DNA from: an uncultured Bacilli bacterium
Lineage (GTDB): Bacteria > Bacillota_I > Bacilli_A > RF39 > UBA660
Direction: 5' to 3'
Length of the DNA: 64,000 nucleotides
NCBI GenBank assembly: GCA_934096175.1
Contig: CAKOLG010000002.1
Location: 276 to 64,275 of the forward strand
Position numbers and translations under genes: made by a program. This document shows, one piece after another, positions 27,321-35,680 of the stretch. The stretch's first letter is position 1, and every line of letters begins with the position of its first letter. The notes below the pieces were generated by a model. It was not told where the DNA came from. It was given only the letters and a program-made list of their open reading frames with translations, and did no database searches.

Positions 27321-28838
27321 ATGGCTAATTATAACATTGATTACGAAATACTTAATTATGAAAAATTTTATAGGAGATTAAATGAAATTTGTTTGAATGA
27401 AGCAAATAAATTTCCTGTAGAAAAATTAGAACCACTTGGCAAAAGTAAGTGTGGTTTTAATATTGAACATTTTAAAATTGGTAACGGTCCAACTCATATA
27501 GTTTATATGGGTGGTTGCCATGGCAATGAAATAATCAGTGTAGATTATGTTACACAACTTATGAAAAACATTGCTTTAGGTTTAGGGGAATATCAAAGCT
27601 TTGACCCTAATGAGTTTACAATTGATTTCATCCCTTGCCAAAATCCCGAAGGATTCTTTACAACTACATATGCTCTTAATTCGTATATGAAAAACATGAC
27701 TGTTGAGGAAGTAGAATCTTTTAGTAAAAACTATTACAATGCCTATAAAAAGGATGATATAAACGCTATTACAGTTAATAAGATAATCAATACTTTTTGT
27801 ACAAATATTAATCCTTCCTTAAATAAAGTAGAATTGCAAAAGGCTTTTTGGGATCTTTACCGTAACCAAGAAATAGATATAACAAAAATAATTAACTTTT
27901 TAATGATGTATAGTAAAACAACCGAACTACAAGCAGTAACTGAATTAGTAAAATCAATATGGCAAGAAAAACTACAACCAGATTATATTATTCCTAAAGA
28001 TAAATATCATAACGCTATATTTGCAGATTTAACAATTGATTGTATTCCTGAAATAGATGAAGCTCATATAAAATTAAAAGAACAACTAAAAAAATTATAT
28101 AAAGATAATAAATTTCCTATCGGAACTCTTGCTAATTTCTTTTCTAATGCATCGGGTGTAAATTTAAATGATAATAATGAATTTTTTTATAATGATTTAA
28201 AAGAAAGAATTGCTAAAGACGGTAATGTTTATGGCAATCTTCGTGACAATAATTTACTAAAAAATATTCCTGGTCCAATTGGAACACCATGTGAAAATAT
28301 CGATGAACCTTTTAAATATTCAGAAGAGAATATTGCACTTTTAGACTTCTTAGCTAGTCAAGAAGACCATAACTATGCTTTTATTAATTGTCACAGTACA
28401 GGAGGATTATTCTATCTTTATCCTGTAACTGAAAATGACATGATTCAAGCACACGAAAATGGAGTTGAAAGAAAATTTCAATTTTATATCAATAATCGTC
28501 TAGCGACTGAATATACTAAAGAAACCGGTAAAGTATACGAAGAATTTACTGGAACAAATGCTCCATATAAAACTCAAGGTTATCCAGAAAAAATAACTGG
28601 AGTTGGAGATGTCCTTCGTAAAAAATATTTAGCATCATTCCTTCTTGAACTTTCTAAAGCAGGTGGAAATCCAATCGCACCTTATTGTGATAGAGAAGGT
28701 AATTATAAACTTACAATGCTAGCTAATTTTAGAGCTAATGCTAAAATGATGCAAACAATTCTTGAGTTAAAGCACTTATATAACTCATCATATACAATGA
28801 CCTACCAAGGACAAACTGTTAAATATACAGTAAAATAA
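27321..28838 (+). CDS. M14-family zinc carboxypeptidase-like protein, cytoplasmic, with a large insert
   Basis: GGCHGNE (HxxE), CQNPEGF (NPDG-like) and a distal INCHSTGG (third His). No signal peptide. About 200 aa lie between the motifs. Confidence 0.6.
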   Translation: MANYNIDYEILNYEKFYRRLNEICLNEANKFPVEKLEPLGKSKCGFNIEHFKIGNGPTHIVYMGGCHGNEIISVDYVTQLMKNIALGLGEYQSFDPNEFTIDFIPCQNPEGFFTTTYALNSYMKNMTVEEVESFSKNYYNAYKKDDINAITVNKIINTFCTNINPSLNKVELQKAFWDLYRNQEIDITKIINFLMMYSKTTELQAVTELVKSIWQEKLQPDYIIPKDKYHNAIFADLTIDCIPEIDEAHIKLKEQLKKLYKDNKFPIGTLANFFSNASGVNLNDNNEFFYNDLKERIAKDGNVYGNLRDNNLLKNIPGPIGTPCENIDEPFKYSEENIALLDFLASQEDHNYAFINCHSTGGLFYLYPVTENDMIQAHENGVERKFQFYINNRLATEYTKETGKVYEEFTGTNAPYKTQGYPEKITGVGDVLRKKYLASFLLELSKAGGNPIAPYCDREGNYKLTMLANFRANAKMMQTILELKHLYNSSYTMTYQGQTVKYTVK

Positions 28839-28907
28839 ATTATTAATAGTAAAATTTGACAAGTAAAATATAATATCATAAAATATACGAAAGAAAAGGG
28901 GGATACT

Positions 28908-29717
28908 ATGAGCTTTTTTACGTGGTTTAATAAAAAACAACCGGTAGTACCAGCGGAAAAAATAAAAGAACCTGAACCTATAGATTTAGAAGACGAATGT
29001 CGTCAATATGAAGTTAAAATTCAACATAATATGGATTTCATGAGAATAACTGGTCATTCTGAAGAGGAAATAGAAGAAATATCTAACCAAATGCGTGATA
29101 CCTTCGCTAAAAAATATAACTTAACTCACGAAGAACTAATTGATATTCTATTGAGTGTATATGAACGTGAATTAGTTGACGAACAAAGGCAACAAAATAA
29201 ACTAATTTATGAAATGTTAGCCGAGGAAGACATAGAAGCCGCTAAAATGGCTGGAGCAAGTCCTGCAGAACTTGAAGAACTTACATTTACTAAAAATATA
29301 GAAATTAATTTATTATACAGTGCACCTTTGGAGGTCCTTGATTCCTACTATGACACAATAATAGATCAAAAACAACGCGATAAAATTAACAAATATAATG
29401 ATGGCATACTTTTTGATTTCTGCCTTAGACAAGATATAATAGAACATATAAAAAACGAAAAATGGGGTAAAGACCAAGCTTTTAATTATTATGAAAAAAG
29501 AACGCAAGCGTATTTAGCCGGAAAATTTGATTATCCTCAAGCCAAAAAAGATTTAGCAAGAATGACTATCGAAGCTGAAGATGCAGACAAACCAGAAGGA
29601 CAAAGGAGATTAAAGAATCCGAATAATATAAGAAAATATAAAGACCGTGTCGAAAAAAAACGCGCTTCACTACCAAAAATCGAAAGCGAAGTACTGAATA
29701 AAATATATAAAAAATAA
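28908..29717 (+). CDS. hypothetical protein, highly charged
   Basis: Strong RBS AAGGGGGA. No recognisable motif. Confidence 0.6.
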   Translation: MSFFTWFNKKQPVVPAEKIKEPEPIDLEDECRQYEVKIQHNMDFMRITGHSEEEIEEISNQMRDTFAKKYNLTHEELIDILLSVYERELVDEQRQQNKLIYEMLAEEDIEAAKMAGASPAELEELTFTKNIEINLLYSAPLEVLDSYYDTIIDQKQRDKINKYNDGILFDFCLRQDIIEHIKNEKWGKDQAFNYYEKRTQAYLAGKFDYPQAKKDLARMTIEAEDADKPEGQRRLKNPNNIRKYKDRVEKKRASLPKIESEVLNKIYKK

Positions 29718-29828
29718 TCCATTATAATATTAAGAAGTAACATACTAGATAGTATGTTATTTTTTTATAAAAAGCTTGTAATACGAACAAATGTATTGTA
29801 TAATTTTTATGGTAGAAAGGTGATTGGT

Positions 29829-30029
29829 ATGAAAGGTAGAGTTAAATGGTGGAGCAATGAGAAAGGATACGGATTTATAGAATATTCAAATGATTCCCAT
29901 ATATTTGCATATTTAGATGAAAAAGAACAAAATAATCTTTATTTTTTAGAAGGAGAACAAATTGAATTTGATATTGAACAAACCGATAAAGGAAAATTTA
30001 TAAGAAATTTAAAAAAATTAAATAATTAA
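29829..30029 (+). CDS. cold-shock-domain protein (divergent)
   Basis: GRVKWWSNEKGYGFI (RNP1-like) and IFAYL (RNP2-like), 66 aa. RBS AAAGGTGA. The ORF-track start at 29754 lies in the promoter/terminator region. Confidence 0.75.
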   Translation: MKGRVKWWSNEKGYGFIEYSNDSHIFAYLDEKEQNNLYFLEGEQIEFDIEQTDKGKFIRNLKKLNN

Positions 30030-30218
30030 AAGGAAATCCTATATAAAACTATAATATATATAATAGAAGTGAAAAAATAAAAAGACAGGGGTTTTATAAA
30101 TATGAAAAAAACAAATGTAAAGCAGATAATAAAGAATTCAAAAAAGTCTTTAAAATCAATTTAATTACTTGATTTGTTATATAAATGCTGCTAACATATT
30201 TGTGTTAACGGTGATAGT

Positions 30219-30692
30219 ATGACAAGAAAAAATTTATTTAAAATAATAATAATTATAATATGGTTAATAGTTATTTTTATGTTTTCTAATCAAAATGCTC
30301 AAAAATCAGTAAATTTAAGTAATAAAGTTGTTATTAAAATAGCTGAAGTAGTAAAAAAACGTCCTTTAACAACTAACGAAAAAATAATAATTAGTAAAAA
30401 ATATAGATTATTGATAAGAAAAAGTGCTCACTTCTTTTTATACTTTGCTTTATCAATATTAATATTTGCCTTGCTAAAAGAATTTAAAAAAGATAACATT
30501 CAACTGATTTTAATCACAATTGCTCTATGTATGTTATATGCTATTACAGATGAGGTTCATCAATTATTTATTGCTGGTAGAACTAGTAAATTCCTTGATG
30601 TTATGATTGACACAGCCGGAGCAACACTTGGTACAGTTTTATCGTTCATTACTTTAAAATTTAGAAAAAAATATATAAAAAAAGCTAATTGA
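30219..30692 (+). CDS. VanZ-family membrane protein
   Basis: RKSAHFFLYFALS and DEVHQLFIAGRTSKFLDVMIDTAG. Confidence 0.8.
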   Translation: MTRKNLFKIIIIIIWLIVIFMFSNQNAQKSVNLSNKVVIKIAEVVKKRPLTTNEKIIISKKYRLLIRKSAHFFLYFALSILIFALLKEFKKDNIQLILITIALCMLYAITDEVHQLFIAGRTSKFLDVMIDTAGATLGTVLSFITLKFRKKYIKKAN

Positions 30693-30721
30693 TACATAAT
30701 ATTTAATAGAGGAGAAGAAAT

Positions 30722-30826
30722 ATGTTAATAAAAAGTTTTATAGTATTAATCGTACTATTTCTTTTGCTCTTTATTATCTGCGCAGTAAAAATAGCTAAAG
30801 AAGCTGACGAAAGAGTTATTTATTAA
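30722..30826 (+). CDS. small hydrophobic peptide, 34 aa (candidate)
   Basis: MLIKSFIVLIVLFLLLFIICAVKIAKEADERVIY. Preceded by a good RBS AGAGGAGAAG with 5-nt spacing. Missing from the ORF track because it is short. Confidence 0.45.
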   Translation: MLIKSFIVLIVLFLLLFIICAVKIAKEADERVIY

Positions 30827-30873
30827 CTCTTTTAGTTTGAAATAAATTAAGAAATATACTATAATTAACTTAT

Positions 30874-30950
30874 GTCCTTGTAGCTCAGCTGGATAGAGCA
30901 TCTGCCTCCTAAGCAGGGGGTCGGCAGTTCGAATCTGCCCAGGGACGCCA
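30874..30950 (+). tRNA. tRNA-Arg (anticodon CCU), CCA encoded
   Basis: Acceptor GTCCTTG/CAGGGAC, D arm TAGCTCAGCTGGATAGAGCA, anticodon loop CT-CCT-AA, T arm GGCAGTTCGAATCTGCC. Confidence 0.92.
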
Positions 30951-30961
30951 TCTTAATATTT

Positions 30962-30990
30962 AAGTCTTGTACTATTTTACAAGACTTTTA
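30962..30990 (+). terminator. hairpin after tRNA-Arg
   Basis: AAGTCTTGT-loop-ACAAGACTT with a short T/A tail. Confidence 0.55.
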
Positions 30991-31146
30991 AAATGCTCTA
31001 AAAAGTAAATAAAGTGTAAATACTTTAAGCTAATTAATTAGCGAAAAAAGTGCAAAATATGTCGAAAAGCAGACATACAAGATATTGACGATTAAAAAAA
31101 CAAATGATAATCTTAATATAGCAAAATAGTAGAAAGAGGGTAAAAA

Positions 31147-31677
31147 ATGAAAGACGGAAAAAATATAGTAATAGCAGGTTTGCTAATGGCAGTTTTATGT
31201 TTATCCGTAGCATACGCAGCCTTTGCAACAACGCTAACTATTAACGGAGAAGCAAACATTATAGGTGATTGGAAAATTGAAATAACAGATATTACCCCTG
31301 CAACTACAGGTACAGCAGTTGCCGGAGAAGTAGATAAAAATTACGGCGTTAATGCTGATCAAATTAGTGCATACTTTACTGCAAATTTATCTGCACCTGG
31401 CGATTCTATAACTTACACAATTACAGTTAAAAATTCAGGAACAATTGCTGCTAAAATTGATGATGTTACAGGTGGTGTAGAATTAACACAACAAACTGAT
31501 GATTCATCAGTCATTGAATATACTTACACTACACCAGAAATAAATACATTGACTGCTGGTGAAACAACAACCTTCACAGTAACAGCAACATATAAAGCAG
31601 ATGCAACCGAAACACCAAAAGAAACATCAAAAACAGCGACTGTTGCTTTAAAATATGTTCAAAATACAAATAACTAA
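31147..31677 (+). CDS. secreted or anchored Thr-rich protein of unknown function
   Basis: N-terminal hydrophobic helix followed by VAYAAFATTLTINGEANI, then a Thr/Ala-rich beta-type sequence. Promoter TTGACG-17-TAATCT (TG-extended) and RBS AGAGGG lie upstream. Confidence 0.7.
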   Translation: MKDGKNIVIAGLLMAVLCLSVAYAAFATTLTINGEANIIGDWKIEITDITPATTGTAVAGEVDKNYGVNADQISAYFTANLSAPGDSITYTITVKNSGTIAAKIDDVTGGVELTQQTDDSSVIEYTYTTPEINTLTAGETTTFTVTATYKADATETPKETSKTATVALKYVQNTNN

Positions 31678-31910
31678 TCAACTTATAGAAGAAGAAATTC
31701 TTCTCTTTTTTATTACCTAAAGTATTTTTTTCATTTAAGAAAAATTCATAAACAATAAAATAAATATCATATTATGTGCCACAAGCTACAATTAAAGCAA
31801 ACATCTTTTACATGTTATTCACAGTAGTTATGCTTTCACTTATATAGTATATGAAAATAAAAAATAATCACTTTTAATTTATGCTATAATAAAAAAAAGG
31901 AGAGATAAAA

Positions 31911-32927
31911 ATGAAAATATTAATAACAGGTGGAACTGGTTACATTGGAAGTCATACTTGTTGTGAATTACTAAAAAATAACTACGAAGTAGTAATTATT
32001 GATAATTTAATAAACTCTAAAAAAGACGTTATTTCAAAAATAGAAAAAATTACAGATAAAAATGTTACCTTTTATAAAGGAGATGTATCTGATAAACAAA
32101 TTTTAACAACTATTTTTAAAAAAGAAAAAATAGATGCTGTTATTCATTTTGCTGGTTTAAAAGCAGTAGGAGAATCTGTTAAAAAGCCACTAACTTACTA
32201 TCGTAATAATATTGATTCAACACTAACATTATTAGAAGTAATGAACGAATTTAATTGTAAAAATATTATTTTCTCATCTAGTGCTACAGTTTATGGAAAC
32301 CAAGATACGCCAAAATGCGTTGAAACAATGAGTTTACAAACACCAACAAACCCTTATGGCAAAACAAAATCTATGATTGAAAATATTTTACAAGATTTAT
32401 ATATATCTGATAACAGTTGGAAAATAACAATTTTAAGATATTTTAACCCAGTTGGCGCACATGAAAGCGGCTTACTTGGTGAAGACCCTAATGGTATTCC
32501 TAATAACTTAATGCCTTACATTTTAAAAGTAGCTATTAAAGAATTGCCGATTTTAACGATTTTTGGTTCTGATTACGAAACTAAAGATGGAACATGCGTA
32601 AGAGACTATATTCATGTAGTTGATCTTGCTAGTGGTCACTTAAAAGCCTTAGAACATTCATTTAATAATGAACCAAATGTTTATACTTATAACTTAGGCA
32701 CAGGATGTGGTGTAAGTGTTAAAGAAATTGTTGATACATTTGAAAAAGTTAACAATGTAAAACTAAATTATCAATATGGTAAACGTAGAGAAGGTGACTT
32801 ACCCCAAATTTATGCTGATGCTACAAAAGCATACAAAGAACTAGGTTGGAAAACGTCTAAAAATTTAGAAGATATGTGTAAAGATAGTTATAACTTTGCC
32901 ATCCAAACATTAAAAAATAAAAAATAA
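31911..32927 (+). CDS. galE: UDP-glucose 4-epimerase
   Basis: ILITGGTGYIGSH, YGKTK (YxxxK), 338 aa, collinear with GalE. Confidence 0.92.
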   Translation: MKILITGGTGYIGSHTCCELLKNNYEVVIIDNLINSKKDVISKIEKITDKNVTFYKGDVSDKQILTTIFKKEKIDAVIHFAGLKAVGESVKKPLTYYRNNIDSTLTLLEVMNEFNCKNIIFSSSATVYGNQDTPKCVETMSLQTPTNPYGKTKSMIENILQDLYISDNSWKITILRYFNPVGAHESGLLGEDPNGIPNNLMPYILKVAIKELPILTIFGSDYETKDGTCVRDYIHVVDLASGHLKALEHSFNNEPNVYTYNLGTGCGVSVKEIVDTFEKVNNVKLNYQYGKRREGDLPQIYADATKAYKELGWKTSKNLEDMCKDSYNFAIQTLKNKK

Positions 32928-32955
32928 TAAGTTTATAAAAAAGAAGAGATAAAAT

Positions 32956-34320
32956 ATGAATGAAGAAAGAAAAGAACAGGCTTTAAAAATAATAAAAAAA
33001 TATTTAGATGATAAATATTTTATAGATGAGAAAAATGCTAATATTTTTATGCTATTCGACATTGATCTTACTGCAGATATTGAAACACTAAGTAACACAT
33101 GTAAAAATATTAGACAGATATTTCATCAAGATTTAGCTTTTGAAATCCCTTTACAATATAGATATGCTTATGAAATGATTGCCACAACCTTAGTACCATT
33201 TTTACCAACTAAGAAAACTTACGAAACTAAAGATGCTCTAGTTGATTTAGAAAGAAAAATAAACGCCTATCAGCAATCATTAAAGAATAAAACTTTTTTT
33301 GAACGAGATGCCTATATTCAAGAACAAACCAAAAAGTATCAAGAGCAAGAAGCTACCTATATAAAAAATAATATGGAACCAAGTGAGCCATCACAAGAAT
33401 CCGACATTCCAAATGATTTTAAAATATATGAACCACTTATTAAAGGTCTTATTCTAGAATATAGACAAATTAAAAATAGTAAAATTCCTTTTGATGCATA
33501 TACCTTATTTAAAGTTAATAGAGATCAAAATGCAGCTGATTTACAAAATAATTCCTTCATCAATCATTTAAGACAAGCTTTTTTACCAGAATATAAAGCA
33601 TATTTTACTAACACAGAAGATGCACAAGACTTTATGGATTTATGTATTATTGTTAACAATTTTATTAACGAAATAAATAAAAGCAAATCTAAACCACAAG
33701 GTTATGTGTATACTTACCAACAAGAATATCCAAAATCATTCTTTAGTAGTACAATAGAAAAAAATTATTTAAATGCCTTAGAAAAAAGTTTAATAAGAAA
33801 TGGTGCTACCAAAACAATTGAAATATTTACTGCTTATTTTGCAGATAATAAAAACATTTTACAAAACCCTATTTTACAAACTATAGCTGCATACAAACCA
33901 AGAGACGTAAAATTAGCGCTAGCTCGTAACTATGATGTTAAGAAAAATAACCAAGCTTTAGTTGAAAATACTTTAAACGCTTTAATTACTACAAAATTAG
34001 AATATTTAAAAATAAACCTTCAAGTAACCAAAAAACATAAAGACCTTGAATATCTAAAAAAAGCTTTAATGTATTATTGCGTAACTGGTAATGGTCAATT
34101 ATTTATTGCAACAACAAATGACCTAGGTAAAGAAAATATTATAAATAATATTCATCCAGATTTAATAAAACGCTTAATTGGTGCCCAAAATGAAGAACTA
34201 CAAATACTTTTAGATGATACTAAAAACGAATATATGATTTACAAAAATGACCAAGTAGTTTCAGAATTTGTTGAAAGAATGTTTAATACAGAACCAAGTT
34301 TTTACCAAAAAGGATTATAA
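32956..34320 (+). CDS. hypothetical protein with possible degenerate J-like domain
   Basis: Residues about 28-60, NIFMLFDIDLTADIETLSNTCKNIRQIFHQDLA, align without gaps to the J-domain helix I-II pattern, with HQD where HPD is expected. The rest is unknown. Confidence 0.55.
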   Translation: MNEERKEQALKIIKKYLDDKYFIDEKNANIFMLFDIDLTADIETLSNTCKNIRQIFHQDLAFEIPLQYRYAYEMIATTLVPFLPTKKTYETKDALVDLERKINAYQQSLKNKTFFERDAYIQEQTKKYQEQEATYIKNNMEPSEPSQESDIPNDFKIYEPLIKGLILEYRQIKNSKIPFDAYTLFKVNRDQNAADLQNNSFINHLRQAFLPEYKAYFTNTEDAQDFMDLCIIVNNFINEINKSKSKPQGYVYTYQQEYPKSFFSSTIEKNYLNALEKSLIRNGATKTIEIFTAYFADNKNILQNPILQTIAAYKPRDVKLALARNYDVKKNNQALVENTLNALITTKLEYLKINLQVTKKHKDLEYLKKALMYYCVTGNGQLFIATTNDLGKENIINNIHPDLIKRLIGAQNEELQILLDDTKNEYMIYKNDQVVSEFVERMFNTEPSFYQKGL

Positions 34321-34394
34321 AAATAATCCTTTTTTATATATACAAAAAAATAAAAAAATACTATAATAATTCTTGTAAAGAAAGAGATGATAAA

Positions 34395-35672
34395 ATGAAT
34401 AAAAGTATCCCAATAACAATCTTAACAGGTTACTTAGGTAGTGGTAAAACAACACTTTTAAATTATATTTTAAATAATCAAGAAGGCTATAAAATTGCTG
34501 TAATTGTTAACGATATTGGTGAAGTAAATATTGATGCAAACCTTATTGAAAAAGGTGGTATCGTAAGTGGTAAGGACGATTCATTAGTAGCTTTACAAAA
34601 TGGCTGCATTTGTTGTACTTTAAATACCGATCTTCTACAACAATTACAAAATATTATTGAAACAAAAAAATTTGACTACATTATAATTGAAGCAAGTGGT
34701 ATTTGTGAACCAATTCCCATTGCTCAAACAATTTGTGCTTTAGAAGATGCATACTTACAATATAACATGCCAAAACTATGCTATTTAGATTCAATTATTT
34801 CCGTAGTTGACGCTAAACGTATGAGTGATGAATTTAATGCTGGCGGTGATTTACTAAACGAAAAACATGACGAAGATGATATAGCAAGTTTGATAATTCA
34901 ACAAATAGAATTCTGTAATACAATAATTTTAAATAAAATTGATGAAGTATCAACATCAGAATTAAATAATGTTAAGGACGTTATTAAAGCATTACAACCT
35001 ACAGCTAAAATAATCGAAACTAATTATTCAAAAGTTAATTTAAATGATGCCCTAGCAACCAAAAGTTTTGATTTTGAAAGTATTTCAACATCATCAGGAT
35101 GGTATAAGAAAATTGAAGAAACAGAAGAAGAATTAAAAGAACATGACCATCATGAACACGATGAAGAAGACCATACTTGTCATTGCCATGAACATGGTGA
35201 AGGAGAGTGTCATTGTCATGAACATGGTGAAGGAGAGTGTCATTGTCATGAACATGGTGAAGGAGAGTGTCATTGTCATCATCACGAAGAAAAACACAAT
35301 CATGTTGAAGAATACGGTATAAATACTTTCGTATATTACACTAGGGATCCTATGGATCGTAAAAAATTCCTTGATTACATAGGAAAACCTTGGCCTAAAA
35401 AAATAATTAGAGCGAAAGGAATTACATACTTTAAAGATGATAAAGATATGTCATATATGTTTGAACAAGCTGGTTCACTAAAAAACCTTACAGAAGCAGG
35501 CCCTTGGCTAGCAACTGAATCACCTAAATTTATTGCTGAAGTTTTAAAAGAAAACCCGGATTTACAAAAAGATTGGGATCAATTTTACGGTGATAGAATG
35601 ACTAAAATAGTTTTTATTGGTAAAGGTATTAACCAAGAACAAATTTGTAATGAATTAGATGAACTAAAATAG
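34395..35672 (+). CDS. COG0523 (CobW/ZigA/YciC-type) metallochaperone GTPase with His/Cys-rich insert
   Basis: P-loop GYLGSGKTT, metal motif GCICCTL, and the insert HDHHEHDEEDHTCHCHEHGEGEC x3 ...HCHHHEE. Confidence 0.9.
   Translation: MNKSIPITILTGYLGSGKTTLLNYILNNQEGYKIAVIVNDIGEVNIDANLIEKGGIVSGKDDSLVALQNGCICCTLNTDLLQQLQNIIETKKFDYIIIEASGICEPIPIAQTICALEDAYLQYNMPKLCYLDSIISVVDAKRMSDEFNAGGDLLNEKHDEDDIASLIIQQIEFCNTIILNKIDEVSTSELNNVKDVIKALQPTAKIIETNYSKVNLNDALATKSFDFESISTSSGWYKKIEETEEELKEHDHHEHDEEDHTCHCHEHGEGECHCHEHGEGECHCHEHGEGECHCHHHEEKHNHVEEYGINTFVYYTRDPMDRKKFLDYIGKPWPKKIIRAKGITYFKDDKDMSYMFEQAGSLKNLTEAGPWLATESPKFIAEVLKENPDLQKDWDQFYGDRMTKIVFIGKGINQEQICNELDELK
35187..35276 (+). repeat. perfect 3 x 30-bp in-frame tandem repeat
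   Basis: CATGAACATGGTGAAGGAGAGTGTCATTGT repeated three times without mismatch, encoding HEHGEGECHC x3. Confidence 0.95.
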
Positions 35673-35680
35673 GAGGAAAT

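Noticed and set aside
30102-30164. 20-codon Lys-rich ORF (MKKTNVKQIIKNSKKSLKSI) with an AGGGG about 10 nt upstream, in the csp-vanZ gap.
   Set aside because: It is very short, has low-complexity basic composition typical of random AT-rich frames, and has long RBS spacing. Nothing distinguishes it from chance.
31034-31231. 65-aa minus-strand ORF overlapping the promoter and start of the 31147 gene; likewise 40433-40723(-) and 55807-56031(-).
   Set aside because: They span intergenic promoter and terminator sequence plus the 5' ends of convincing plus-strand genes. There is no RBS, and the peptide sequences are the hydrophobic, Leu/Phe/Ile-rich type typical of reverse-strand AT-rich reading.
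34321-34394. Zur box upstream of the COG0523 gene.
   Set aside because: I could not find a palindrome resembling TCGTAATnATTACGA, only AT-rich sequence with a TATAAT. Regulation by Zur is therefore neither supported nor excluded by the sequence.
35187-35276. Possible CRISPR-like or intergenic repeat array.
   Set aside because: The repeats are contiguous with no spacers, in frame inside a COG0523 gene, and encode a His/Cys metal-binding motif. No CRISPR array or cas gene is visible anywhere in the window.
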